Source: Eledone cirrhosa (lineage: Eukaryota). Taken from it: a stretch of DNA of 64,000 nt. The stretch is from contig OZ024748.1 in assembly GCA_964016885.1 (NCBI GenBank), forward strand, positions 20,088,001 through 20,152,000, read 5' to 3'. Positions 11,735 to 24,855 of the stretch are shown here, piece by piece (positions within the stretch are counted from its first letter, which is position 1; each line of letters starts with the position of its first letter). The notes beneath the pieces were generated by a model. The model was not told the DNA's origin, made no database searches, and saw only the letters and a program-made list of their open reading frames with translations. A program made the position numbers and the translations under genes.

Positions 11735-12055
11735 CTAAAAAAAGTAAAAAAAGTTGTGTTTTTTTTAGAAAGAAAGACATTTTTGTCATGTAAAAAAAAT
11801 GTCTTTCTATATAATTTTAAATAAAAACAAAAGCCTATAAGATAGAGAAAAAAAGCCCAGAAAATATAGGGATCAAATGACAAGGAAGAATTATCACATT
11901 TTTAAAATTGTGACACCAAATTAAAACTGTCATCAACTTATCTTTGGAACACATCACAACAACTCGTCTTTAAGGATGGAGTTGTTGTAGCTGTTGTAAT
12001 GGTTGTTGTTGTTGTAGTTGTGTTGAGATGTTTCAGAGATGAAGTCCCTCTCTTT

Positions 12056-12108
<53 letters not shown>

Positions 12109-12125
12109 TATATATATATATATAT

Positions 12126-12506
12126 GGAGGCACATGGCTTAGTGGTTAGAGCATTGGCCTTGCAATCGAAAGGTTGTGAGTTCAATTCTCAGACCGGGTG
12201 ATGTGTTGTGTCCTTGAGCAAGACACTTTATTTCGCATTGCTCTCGTTTACTCAGCTGTAGAAATGCGCTGATAGGGACTGGGATCCTTATCATTCCACT
12301 GCAAAGTGGTTGTGGAGGTGCCACAGCAAAAAAGCACCCAGCCCACACTGTAAAGTGGAGTTGCCACAAAAAAAAAAGCACCCAGCACTCACTGTAAATG
12401 AGGTTGGTGTTAGGAAGGGCATCCAGCTGTAGAAATCAAGCCACAATCAGTTCCCGTCCCACCCTTGGAATCAGGGAAAAGTGGACGTAAAATGAAATGA
12501 TGATGA

Positions 12507-12510
<4 letters not shown>
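12126..12510 (+). mobile_element. CORE-type tRNA SINE (family B) with RTE-derived tail
   Basis: A box TGGCTTAGTGG, B box GAGTTCAATTC, CORE-like gtgtccttgagcaagacactt, then gttggtgttaggaagggcatccagctgtagaaa and (GAT)n. Confidence 0.85.
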
Positions 12511-12542
<32 letters not shown>

Positions 12543-12696
12543 CACCCTTGCAAGCAGGGAAAAGCGGACGTAAAATGATGATGATGATGATGATGATGAT
12601 GATCTTGCTTCCTCTATTTCTCTCCCCTTCTTGGAATTATTGTAGAAAGCTATTTTACAATAATAATGATAATAAAGGTTTCTTTATTAGCCACAC

Positions 12697-12770
12697 AGGG
12701 CTCATATTAAGAAAACAATAAAAACAGCACAGGACGGTACAATGTGGGTCTTTTGTGTGTAAAATAAAAG
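12697..12770 (-). mobile_element. Short Tx1-type 3' end
   Basis: Reverse complement ends ccctgtgtggctaataaagaaa, as at 4448-4468. Confidence 0.6.
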
Positions 12771-12804
12771 TTTATAATGATAATGGTAATGATGAAAGTA
12801 ATAA

Positions 12805-13062
12805 TAATTGTTTCTACGTTTGGCACAAGGCCAGCAATTACCCAGTGCATTACTGGTACTTTATTAATGATAATTGTTTCTATTTTTGGCACAAGGCCAG
12901 CAGTTATCCCCAGTGCATTACTGGTACTTTATTTTATCGACCCCGTAAGGATGAAAGGCAAAGTTAGTCTAGGCGGGATTTGAACTCAGAATGGCAAGGG
13001 CCGTAACTCTATGCATCAAAACATGGCGTCCGACCCTCTACCGATACTGCCAATCCACCGCC
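12805..13062 (-). mobile_element. Family A SINE with duplicated tail
   Basis: Tail segment repeated at about 12805-12864 and 12872-12935. Confidence 0.85.
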
Positions 13063-13203
13063 ATGATAATAACAGTTTCTTATATTGGCCATATAAGTGT
13101 GTATAGTGATGGTGACAATACAAAATAGGCTTGATGATGATGATGATGATGAGGAGGAGGAGGAGGAGGATGACAACGACGAAAACATTCCATTAATTTT
13201 GTT

Positions 13204-13668
13204 GTAACCCTTTAGCATTTAAACCGGCTGTATCCAGCCAGAATTCTCTCACCTCTTTCTGTTCAAACCAGTCATAACTGGCCACTCATGCTGATGTTAA
13301 GGTATGTTTCTCGAAATAAAGGATCGATCGACTTTCGTCAAATCAGACCGAGGAAACAATATTTTCGTCGGTCTTTCCAATTGCTAATACTATCTATCGG
13401 TCGCAACTCCAGGTAGAAGGAGCAACGTGAAATAAAGTGTCTTGCTCAAGGACATAACGCATCGCCCGGTCCAGGAATTGAACTCACAATCTGAAGATTG
13501 TGAATCCAATTCTCTAACTACTCAGCCACACGCCTTCACTCGAAATAAATAATGTCAAAATCTCATAGATTCAATATTATGTGAGATAATTATGTAAGAT
13601 AAAGACTTTACTGTGAAAATACAATAGTATATATATAGAGTTAAATAGTATATAATATAAAGGGTTAA
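13204..13668. mobile_element. piggyBac-like MITE interrupted by a SINE
   Basis: taaccctttagcatt...aaagggttaa; uninterrupted paralog at 49773-50000. Confidence 0.8.
13321..13538 (-). mobile_element. CORE-type SINE with 11-bp TSD CTCGAAATAAA
   Basis: TSD at 13310-13320 and 13539-13549; tRNA head and CORE-like segment on minus strand. Confidence 0.85.
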
Positions 13669-13787
13669 AGATAGTTTTTGTGATGGTGACTTAAGAATGT
13701 GGCTACAGTTCAGTTGCTAATGATGACATTTCTAAGTTGAAGCTCACATTATAGTCAATGTGACATTTTATAATTTATAGAAAAAAT

Positions 13788-14610
13788 AATTGTTTCTACT
13801 TTTGGCACAAGGTCAACAATTTTGGGGGATGGGAAAGTCAATTAAATCTACCCCAGTGCATTACTGGTACTTTATTTTATTGACCCCGTAAGGATGAAAG
13901 GCAAAGTTAACCTCGGCGGGATTTGAACTCAGACCATAAAGGGCCGTAACTCTTTGCTGCAAAGCATGGCGTCCGACCCTCTACCGATACTGCCAATCCA
14001 CCGCCCTATAGAAAAAATAATGGTTTCTGATTTTGGCACAAGGTCAACAATTTTGGGAGATGGGAAAGTCAATTAAATCTACCCTAGTGCATTACTGGTA
14101 CTTTATTTTATGACCCCGTAAGGATGAAAAGGATTTGTAAACAACAATGTAAAGGGATGTAACTCTATGTGACAAAGCATGTTCAATGCTCTAATGAGTA
14201 AAGCAAATCCCATCTCCCCTCCTGATCTGAACATAGCCAATTTCTTTCAGAGAAGGCAAGAGAGAGAATGAAAGAGAAAGAAGAAGTGAGAATGAGGTAT
14301 AGAGAAAGAATCAACCCTAGTACTAGACTGCTACTTTTTTTTTTATTATCCTCGAAAGGATGAATGGTAAAGTTGACCTCAGTGGGATTTGAACTTAGAG
14401 ATCAGAGCACCAGAAGAAATAGGACAGTGTATTCTAGCCAATGTTCTAATGACTGCAGATTCACCACATAATATAAACATGTTTTTTTTTTATCAACTGT
14501 GAAAGGATGAAAGGTCAAGTTGATCTTACTGGGAATTGAACTTACGGGGCATCAGAACATATACAGAAAAATATTCTAATTGAGGTTCTAATGACTGGCA
14601 ATTCACAGCC
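13788..14610 (-). mobile_element. Cluster of four family A-related SINEs of different ages
   Basis: About 13788-14006, 14020-14200, 14310-14470, 14485-14610. Confidence 0.8.
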
Positions 14611-14627
14611 TAGACTAACTACATACA

Positions 14628-15132
14628 CAGACCTAGAAAATCCTGGGACGAGCTGATAAACTCCGACCTCACACACTTACACCTCTCCAAGACAATGTCA
14701 CTGGACCGAGACCTTTGGCGGTACTCAGTAATAGAGAAGACCCGCCTTACCTAAATACATAGTAAAACCTACTACAGCCAGTAGGCATCTCTAACAACCC
14801 CGTCCAACCACCCCCATCCACACCACCCCCTCCTATGTAAAGTTATGTTGGTGCCACAACATCCAGGCCGAAACAAATGAGATCGTGTAGGTGTCACGAC
14901 AAAAAAACACACAGTCCACGCTGTAATGTGGCCGTGTAGGCAACACGGTAAAAACCTCCCAGTCCCACACTGTAAATGTGGTTGGTGTTAGGAAGGGCAT
15001 CCAACTGTAGAAAACCTGCCAGACAGTCCTATGCGAGCAAGACAATCACTCTTGCCTCAAGTGGGAATACCCCCGTCCAAACCCATGCAAGCGTGGAACA
15101 CGGACGTTAAACGTTGATGATGATGATAATGA
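14628..15132 (+). mobile_element. 5'-truncated RTE LINE, same family as 20509-21535
   Basis: RPRKSWDELINSDLTHLHLSKTMSLDRDLWRYSVIEKTRLT* plus near-identical 3' UTR and (GAT)n tail. Confidence 0.9.
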
Positions 15133-15170
15133 CACAAAAAAGTAAAACCCATGTACATAGCAAATAGGTC

Positions 15171-15258
15171 CAGCAATATATAAGAATAACAGGTTTGTTG
15201 ATTCAGTTGTGTATATAATTGTTCAGCAATATATAAGAATAACAGGTTTGTTGATTCA
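15171..15258. repeat. 35-bp direct repeat x2
   Basis: cagcaatatataagaataacaggtttgttgattca at 15171 and 15224. Confidence 0.85.
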
Positions 15259-15460
15259 TTGTGTTATCAGCTTCACAGAGAGAGAATATCTCACTTCAGT
15301 GCTAGGGACATATCCACTGTGCTCTATACATTATTAATGATAATTATTTATGTTACCATAACAAATTGCAGTGGGTGTTTTATAAGTTATGTATGTACAG
15401 AAGCATAAATACACACACATACACATGTATGAATCCTTGCAAGCAGGGAAAAGCGGACGT

Positions 15461-15504
<44 letters not shown>

Positions 15505-15574
15505 ACCCATGCACACATACACATATATTTACACACAAGTACTATGAACACACAAACATATATATACATATATA

Positions 15575-15605
<31 letters not shown>

Positions 15606-16489
15606 TATCATGCACTCTTGTCCCCCCCCCCCACCCAACCACATATATATGTGCATATAGACATAGACAGAATAGTTTTATTGCTTTTGATATTTATACA
15701 TATTTTCCAAAATCCTTATGTAAGTGAGTCTCTTGTGCAATATATAGATAGAAGCTTTCACAACTAACAAAACTGAAAAAAAAAACCAGAAATAGACAGT
15801 TGAAAATTCTAAAAATTTAGAAATTCCATGTCAAGAAAATAAATTAATACTAATACTATTACTACTACTAATAACAATAAAATAAATAAAATATAATAAA
15901 TAAAAAAAAAAATAATAATAATAAAAAGAGGGCAAATGATAAAATAAAATAAGAAGTTAAGAAGGAAAGGTAAGACATTTTAAAAAGATGTTCAATTGTA
16001 AACTACACATAGCTAAAGTATGTAACCTTCCTCTTCCAAACCACTTAACAATTAATTAAATTATTAATTATATTTAATGTTAAAAGCTACCCTCATGTTA
16101 ATCACAATACCCCTGAAGCCTTAACGCAATGATTCACAATCCATTTTTTTTTTTTAAACTACCTTTAATTTTCATCTTATTTTTAAATTGTGTTGGCGGA
16201 TTTTGGGGGTTTTTTTTTTTTAGGTAGTTTAATTTTAATGTACACATTTCTTTAAAAATTTATTTTTGGCTCTGCAAAGGTGTTTCTTTTCTTGAGATTT
16301 TTCTGTGTATTTTCTTTTTTGTTTTCTTTTGTTTGTTTGTTTGTTGTTTGTTTTTTATATTATGAATATTTTTGTTTTCTTATTTCTATCACCTATTTTA
16401 CATGTGTGAACCTTCGTTTAAAAAGGTTAACCTAAAATATCTTTTACAACACATTTAACAGCTTTTCTTTTTTAGTTTATTTTACCATT

Positions 16490-18266
16490 ATTTTATTATT
16501 ATTATAACTTTATTATTATTACCCTTATTATTATTATAATTATTATCATCATCATCATCATCATCATCACCATTATTGCTGTTATTGTTATGATTGTTAT
16601 TGTTGTTGCTGTTATATTATTTGTTATCATCATCATCATCGTCATTATTACTGCTGCTTTTGTTATTATTGTTATTGTTATTATCATTATATTGTTGTTC
16701 TTGTTGTTGTTGTTATTGTTATTATTATCATTATTATTATTGTCATTGTAGTTATTATTGTTATTATCATTATTATTGTTGTTATTATTATCACTATTAT
16801 TATTGTTATGATTGTTGTTATTATTGTTATCATTATTATTATTCTTGTTATTATTATATTATTGTTGTTATCATTATCATTATTGTTGTTGTTGTTGTTG
16901 TTATTATTATCTAGAAAGAGAGTGAAAAAAAAAAAGAAGTGTCAATGTGAAATGACACTCAGTAATAGAATTAATTATATTAGTAGGTCAATATGGGACA
17001 TGAACAGGTCATGCTGACACATGTGATTCAGAAAGACTTATTCCTGCAAATTATCAAATTAAAAGAAAAAAAGAGGAACAGATTGTAATAGAGTAGCAAA
17101 GTGTACCTGGAACACACCATTCTTTAATTGATGCTGCTTTCAGGTAAATAATTACATTGAAGCCTCCACACTCAACACAGCTACTCAAACATTTCTACTC
17201 AAACTATTTCTAGCTAAATTACTTTCAGTTTTATTACAATTTTTATTTAATTGATTTTAATAAAATTTTATATATGTAATATTATTGCTTTTGTTGTTGT
17301 TGTTGTTGTTGTGGTCATGGCTGCTAATGTTGTTGTTGTTGTTATTTTATCAATATTATATTTGTTGTTGTCGCTGTTGTTGTAGTTATGGCTGCTACTG
17401 TTGATGCTGTTGTTGTTTTATCAATATTATATTTGTTGTTGTTGTGGTTGTTACGGCTGCTACTGTTGTTGATGTTATTTTATCAATATTATATTTGTTG
17501 TTGTGGCTGTTGTTGTTGTAGTTATGGCTGCTACTGTTGATGCTGTTGTTGTTGTTATTTTATCAATATTATATTTGTTGTTGTTGTTGCTGTTGTTGTT
17601 GTTGTGGTTGTTACGGCTGCTACTGTTGTTGATGTTGTTGTTATTTTATCAATATTATATTTGTTGTCGTGGCTGTTGTTGTTGTTATGGCTGCTACTGT
17701 TGTTGCTGTTGTTGTTGTTATTTTATCAATGTGGTTGTTGTGGTTGTTACGGCTGCTACTGTTGTTGTTGTTATTTCATCAATATTATTTTTGTTGTTGT
17801 TATCGCTATTGTTGTTGTCACTGTTGTTGTTGTTATGGCTGCTACTTTGCTGATTTTTGTCTTTGATGTGGTTGTTGTTGTTATTTTATCAATATTACTG
17901 CTTTTGTTGTTGTTGTGATTGCTACTGTTGCTGTTGTTGTTGTTATTATATCAATAGTATTTTTGTTGTAGTTGTTATTTTTCTTTTTACTATTATTGTT
18001 GCTGTTTTTTCTAATACCATTTTTGTTGTTGTTGCTATCATTATTTTAGTTGTTGTTGTTGCTATCATTATTTTTGTTGTTGTTAATAATGTTGTTTATG
18101 TTAATACTATTTTTGTTGTTGTTGTTAATATAATTTTTGCTGTTGCTGCTGTTTATTTTGTTGTTGTTGATAATTATTTTAATTTTGTTCTTGATATTAT
18201 TTTTCACATTAATGTTTTCAACATCATCATCACCACCAACATCATTATCACCATCATCATCATTAC

Positions 18267-18302
<36 letters not shown>

Positions 18303-18420
18303 TACCATCGTCACCACTATCATCATCATTACCATCACTACCACCATTGCCAACACCATCACCACCACCGCCACCACCACAATCATCATGATCATCATCA
18401 TCATCATCATCATCATCATC
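16490..18420. repeat. Compound (TTG/TTA/ATC)n arrays with recurrent ttattttatcaatattatatttg motif, surrounding a unique island at about 16910-17270
   Basis: Direct inspection. Confidence 0.85.
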
Positions 18421-18899
18421 TTTCACTTAATAGGGAAATGATTGCTAAAGAAATTAATTAAATTTTAAAATGAAAAATTAACTGATATAAGGAAGTGCAA
18501 AAAATTAACTTCCTTTCATTTCAGACTTAAATATATAGTAATATCTTATATCAGTGGTAACTGGTGGATAATTACTGGTATTAATGGTGGTGGTGGTGGT
18601 TGTGTCGGTGGTGGTGGTGGTGGCGGTGATGGTAATGGTGGTGGTAATGGCGATTTGTGGTCGAGGTTGTTGGTAGTGGTGGTGGTTGGTAATGGTGGTT
18701 GGTAATAGTCGTGGTGGCTGGTCGTAGTTGATAGTAGTGGTGGTGGTTGGTGGTATGGGTGATGGTGGTTATTGTTGCTGTTGGTGGCGATGGAAGCAGT
18801 GGTGCTGGTTGATGGTGGTGGTGGTGGCTGATGGCAGAGGTCGGTGGTGGTAGTAGCATCAGTGGTCTTGGCAGTGGTAACGGTGGTGGTGCTGGTGGC

Positions 18900-19855
18900 A
18901 GTGGTGGTAGTGGTATTAGTAATGGCAGCAGTGGTGGTGGTGATGGTGCTAACAGTGGTATTGGTGGTAGTGGTGGCAGTGGTGGTAGTAGTGTTAGTAA
19001 TGGCAGCAGCAGTGGTGGTGGTGATGGTGCTAGCAGTGGTATTGGTGGTAGTGGTGGCAGTGGTGATAGTAGTGTTAGTAATGGCAGCAGTGGTGGTGGT
19101 GATGGTGCTAGCAGTGGTATTGGTGGTAGTGGTGGCAGTGGTGATAGTAGTGTTAGTAATGGCAGCAGTGGTGGTGGTGATGGTGCTAGCAGTGGTATTG
19201 GTGGTAGTGGTGGCAGTGGTGGTAGTAGTGTTAGTAATGGCAGCAGTGGTGGTGGTGGTGATGGTGCTAGCAGTGGTATTGGTGGTAGTGGTGGCAGTGG
19301 TTAATAGTAGTGTTAGTAATGGCAGCAGTGGTGGTGGTGATGGTGCTAGCAGTGGTATTGGTGGTAGTGGTGGCAGTGGTTAATAGTAGTGTTAGTAATG
19401 GCAGCAGTGGTGGTGGTGATGGTGCTAGCAGTGGTATTGGTGGTAGTGGTGGCAGTGGTTAATAGTAGTGTTAGTAATGGCAGCAGTGGTGGTGGTGATG
19501 GTGCTAGCAGTGGTATTGGTGGTAGTGGTGGCAGTGGTTAATAGTAGTGTTAGTAATGGCAGCAGTGGTGGTGGTGATGGTGCTAGCAGTGGTATTGGTG
19601 GTAGTGGTGGCAGTGGTTAATAGTAGTGTTAGTAATGGCAGCAGTGGTGGTGGTGATGGTGCTAGCAGTGGTATTGGTGGTAGTGGTGGCAGTGGTGGTA
19701 GTAGTGTTAGTAATGGCAGCAGTGGTGGTGGTGATGGTGCTAGCAGTGGTATTGGTGGTAGTGGTGGCAGTGGTTAATAGTAGTGTTAGTAATGGCAGCA
19801 GTGGTGGTGGTGATGGTGCTAGCAGTGGTATTGGTGGTAGTGGTGGCAGTGGTAA
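18900..19855. repeat. 78/79-bp minisatellite, about 12 copies
   Basis: agtagtgttagtaatggcagcagtggtggtggtgatggtgctagcagtggtattggtggtagtggtggcagtgg; the 79-bp variant carries ttaat. Confidence 0.95.
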
Positions 19856-20216
19856 TTAAGGTGGGAAAGACAGATAATGTATCACTTACAGATGCAGGTT
19901 AAGATTTCATTGCTTCCATGTGAACAGCCAAACAGTAAAGCACACATACACATACATATAAACATACATATATATATACATACATATATACATACACATA
20001 CATACACATAAATACATACATACACATAAATACATACATACATATTCACACACACACTCCTTTGATGATGTTTTTCACATAACTGTAAGAACTCAGCATG
20101 CAATCTTGTAGTGCACATGTGTATTATCTGGTGTGCATATATATTATAGCTGCTATATCTGTGTGTATATATGTATGTGTATGTATGTATGTGTATGTAT
20201 ATCATGTGTATCTGAT

Positions 20217-20253
<37 letters not shown>

Positions 20254-20287
20254 TCCACATAAACATACACACTCACACATATATGTA

Positions 20288-20319
<32 letters not shown>

Positions 20320-20362
20320 AACAAATTAAGACAAGAGAAAGAAGTTCTTATATTTATATATT

Positions 20363-20412
<50 letters not shown>

Positions 20413-20508
20413 TATAAATCTACATCTACCTGTGTGTCTGTATGTATTTGATACAACCTTATAGTTACTTCATACTTATGTTATATATATATATATATAT
20501 GCATATAT

Positions 20509-21535
20509 AACAAGTGCCCCAAAAATACTAGCTCTTTCAACTGCGCAGAGGGTTCTATAGAAATTGTGGACAGCTTCCGTTACCTGGGTGACAAAATCAG
20601 CAGTGGGGGAGGGTGCTCTGAAAGTACAGTAGCTAGAGTCAGAACTGGGTGGAAAAAGTTCAGAGAGCTCATACCACTATTAGCCGCTAAAGGGTTCTCC
20701 CTAAAAATGAAAGGCAGGTTGTACGATGCCTGCATACGAACAGCAATGTTGCACGGCAGTGAGACCTGGGCATTGTGTGCAGAGGATATACGCAGACTAG
20801 AGAGAAACGAAGCTTGCATGCTCCGCTGGATGTGTAATAGTAACGTGAACGGCAAAGCATAAACGAACTAAGGAAAAAATTAGAAATAAGAGGGATCAGA
20901 TGTTGTTTACTCGAGAGAAGGCTACGTTGGTATGGTCACGTGATGCGCATGAAGGACGATAGCTGTATAACAAAGTGCAGGGCAATAAAGATAGACGGTA
21001 GCCACGGAATAGGCAGACCCAGAAAAACCTGGGACGAGCTGATAAATTCCGACCTCACACACTTACACCTCACCAAGACAATGTCACTGGACCGAGACCT
21101 TTGGCGGTACTCAGTAATAGAGAAGACCCGCCTTACCTAAATACAAAGTAAAACCTACTACAGTCAGTAGGCATCTCTAACAAAATACACCCCCATCCCA
21201 CCACCCCAACCCCATCCACACCGCCCCTTTCAATGTAAAGTTATGTTGGTGCCACAACATCCAGGCCGAAACAAATGAGATCGTGTAGGTGTCACGACAA
21301 AAAAACACACAGTCCACGCTGTAATGTGGCCGTGTAGGCAACACGGTAAAAACCTCCCAGTCCCACACTGTAAATGTGGTTGGTGTTAGGAAGGGCATCC
21401 AGCTGTAGAAAACCCGCCAGATAGTCCTATGCGAGCAAGATAACCACTCTTGCCTCAAGTGGGAAAACCCTCCATCCAAACCCATGCAAGCATGGAACAC
21501 GGACGTTAAACGATGATGATGATGATGATGATGAT
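20509..21535 (+). mobile_element. 5'-truncated RTE-clade LINE (RT C-terminal region, frameshift near 20855, 3' UTR, (GAT)n tail)
   Basis: VDSFRYLG, LHGSETW, RRLRWYGHVMRM and GRPRKTW are characteristic RTE ORF motifs; stop at 21140. Confidence 0.95.
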
Positions 21536-21830
21536 ATATATATATATAATAAAGAGTCGTGACCCCCATGGCTGAGCTTTTGCTGATTCAACAGCTAGTT
21601 CCAGACAATTTGCTGAAGATATTGGTGGTTAACTGGCATATATGTGGTGTGTGTGTATTGTATTTTGAGTGTTAGTTTACAATAGATACAACATACTACA
21701 CCATATCCTTGCATGTCATATAAGACAACTAAAAGGATTGGCACCAGGAAGGGTACCCAGTTGTAGAAAATTGTATCAAAATAACCCAACTAACCCATGC
21801 CAGCAAGGAAAAATGGATGGAAAAAACCAA

Positions 21831-21925
<95 letters not shown>

Positions 21926-22043
21926 ATTAGAATACTGGAGCGTATCTACTAACATATATATACAGATGCATACGTATGCCAGCAAATATATAGGTTTTGT
22001 CTTAGTAACTTTGTGGTTCAATGCATGGGGATGCAGAACAATA

Positions 22044-22335
22044 ATATGAAAGACGTAAAATAAGAAAATTATAAAAATTAACTTACTTACTAAAATTTCA
22101 CTCCAACTAATTAGTTTCTGAAAGGGAATAAACATCCTTTCGTCATCAGGGAAGTCTATTCTCAGCTAAGTTCTTAGCTGAGAATAGACTTCCCTGATGA
22201 CGAAAGGATTTCTCCGTGCGTTTCTTCGGAAACCATGTTTATTCCCTTTCAGAAACTAATTAGTTGCAGAAACTAATTAGTTGGAGTAAAATTTTAGTAA
22301 GTAAGTTAATTTTTATAATTTTCTTATTTTACGTC

Positions 22336-22343
<8 letters not shown>
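22044..22343. repeat. 300-bp palindrome of a hammerhead-containing unit
   Basis: Arms are reverse complements around ctaag-tt-cttag (centre 22171-22172); the right arm has about 27 extra nt and a 17-bp duplication. Confidence 0.95.
22181..22245 (+). ncRNA. Hammerhead ribozyme-like motif
   Basis: CUGAUGA (22194-22200) CGAA...UUCG GAAA CCAUG UU; proximal stem I is poorly paired. Confidence 0.55.
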
Positions 22344-22401
<58 letters not shown>

Positions 22402-22408
22402 GTATATA

Positions 22409-22467
<59 letters not shown>

Positions 22468-22484
22468 GTATATATATATTTATA

Positions 22485-22559
<75 letters not shown>

Positions 22560-22570
22560 TTATATATATG

Positions 22571-22629
<59 letters not shown>

Positions 22630-22678
22630 ATGTATATATATATATGTATATGTATATATATATTTATATGTATATATA

Positions 22679-22745
<67 letters not shown>

Positions 22746-22771
22746 ATATATATATATATATTTATATATAG

Positions 22772-23080
22772 GGGGTAAAGATCACCTTCAGTCATGAATG
22801 ACCATGAGATTTGCACCTAGAAAGTTCCCCTCTGAAGCAAAAGTCCAGGAAAGGTTGTTTTGTGGAAGACCAGGACACCACCAAAGATGTCCAAGAGAAA
22901 GGCAATAGCCGATACAACTTGGCACCAGTGATGTTGCAACTTATTTCTATAGCTGAGTAAAGTGGAACAATATGAAATTAAGTCTCTTGCTCAAAAACAC
23001 AACGCATCACCCAGTCCGAGAATTGAACACACAACCTCCCGATTGCAAGTCCAATGCTGTAACCACTAAGCAATGCACCT
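22772..23080 (-). mobile_element. CORE-type SINE (family B head) with a different tail
   Basis: Head matches 12126-12260; tail ends catggtcattcatgactgaaggtgatcttta. Confidence 0.8.
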
Positions 23081-23094
23081 TCAGATATATATAT

Positions 23095-23143
<49 letters not shown>

Positions 23144-23784
23144 GAGACAGAGAGAGAGAGAGAGAGTGAGAGAAATTTATATCAAAACCTTCCATCATAA
23201 TTTTACACAAGAACCTTTTTGTTAAGTTATGTTCTAAGCACCTGCCTAAACAACAACAAAGCAGTTGATTTACTGTTAAATCTTTCTAAATTATCTAATT
23301 ATTCTTCAAAATTAATTGAAACAGGTCCTAAAAGGGTTAACGAGTCTGTGTAGATTCGTCATTAAAACTACTTCCCCTTACCAAACAGTCTAATGTACCT
23401 AAACATGTCCCTTCCCATATCTTGCAGAAATCTTCCCACACCTGTTCTGTACCTGTTTAAGTACACTAACGAACAAATATCCATTGCCTACCTATTAATT
23501 ATCTGAAAATCAGACATGGCAATAACATTGATTACCTTAAATATTTATCTTCTCACTGCTTTTACGTTCTCCCTTTACCTGACTTCACGGTTAATTAGTA
23601 CCTGAGTCCTAATTACTACCTGAGTTCTAATTAGTACCTTAACTGAACATATATTTATCTTCCAGTCTTCCAGTCTTCATCTTTTCTCCATTCTCCACTC
23701 CAAGACTCTATTCTCCATATTGAAAAAATTCTTTACACAGCTTTTTCAATAGATTCTATAATGTAAACCTGAAGTTGATGATGA

Positions 23785-24855
23785 TGAGTGTGTGGGTGAG
23801 TGAGAAAGAGAGAAAGAGAATGTGTGTATGGGTGTGTGTTTACATGCTAAAGAGTATGTATGGGTGAGTGTGTGGGAGTGTATAAGTGTGTGAATGAGAG
23901 AATGCATGTGTAAGAGAGTGTGTGTTAGTGAGATTGAGTGTGTGTGAGAGAGTATGTGCGTGAGATAGAGAGAGAAAGTGTGTGTGTGAGTGAGAGAGAG
24001 TGTGTGTATGTGAGAGAGATAGTGAGTGTGTGAGAGAGTGAGTGTGTGTGTGAGAGAGTGAGTGTGTGTGAGAGAGATAGTGTGTGTGAGATAGAGAGAG
24101 AAAGTGTGTGTGTGAGTGAGAGAGAGTGTGTGTATGTAAGAGAGATAGTGTGTGTGAGAGTGAGTGTGTGTGAGAGAGATAGTGTGTGTGTGAGATAGAG
24201 AGAGAAAGTGTGTGTGTGAGTGAGAGAGAGTGTGTATGTGAGAGAGATAGTGTGTGTGTATGAGAGAGGGTGTGTGTGTGTGAGAAAGTGTGTGTGTGAG
24301 TGAGAGAGAGTGTGTATGTGAGAGAGATAGTGTGTGTGTGAGACAGAAAGAGCATGTGTGTGTATATGTAATAGAGTTTGTAAGAGTGTGCATTTACTGT
24401 GTGAGTGCATGTATGTATTATGAGATAGAGTGTGTATTTGCATTTGTAGGTATATGCATGAGTGTGTGTGTGTGTAAATGTGTGTGCTGGTGAGAGAGTG
24501 AGTATGTGTGTGTATATGCACATGTGCATACATATATGTGTAAGCATATGTGAACATGTGATTGCATATGTGAGCATGTGCGCCTGTGTGATTGATGTGT
24601 GTGCATATGTGAGGGTATGTGCACATATATGATATGTGTGTGCATGCATATGTCAATGTATGTGCATGTGCACTTGTATGTGTGTGCATATGTGAGCGTA
24701 AGGATGTATGTGAGCATGTATGCACATATATATGAATGTATGTGGATGTATATATGAGTGTATGTGTATATATATATATGAAGGTATGTGTGTATGTATA
24801 TGCATATATGTGTACATATATGAATGAATGCGTGTACACATGTGTGCATGCATGT
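23785..24855. repeat. Compound (GT/GA)n array
   Basis: Direct inspection. Confidence 0.9.

Noticed and set aside
18831-19859. Gly/Ser-rich structural-protein-like ORFs
   Set aside because: The 79-bp unit variant with an in-frame TAA and frameshift has itself been amplified
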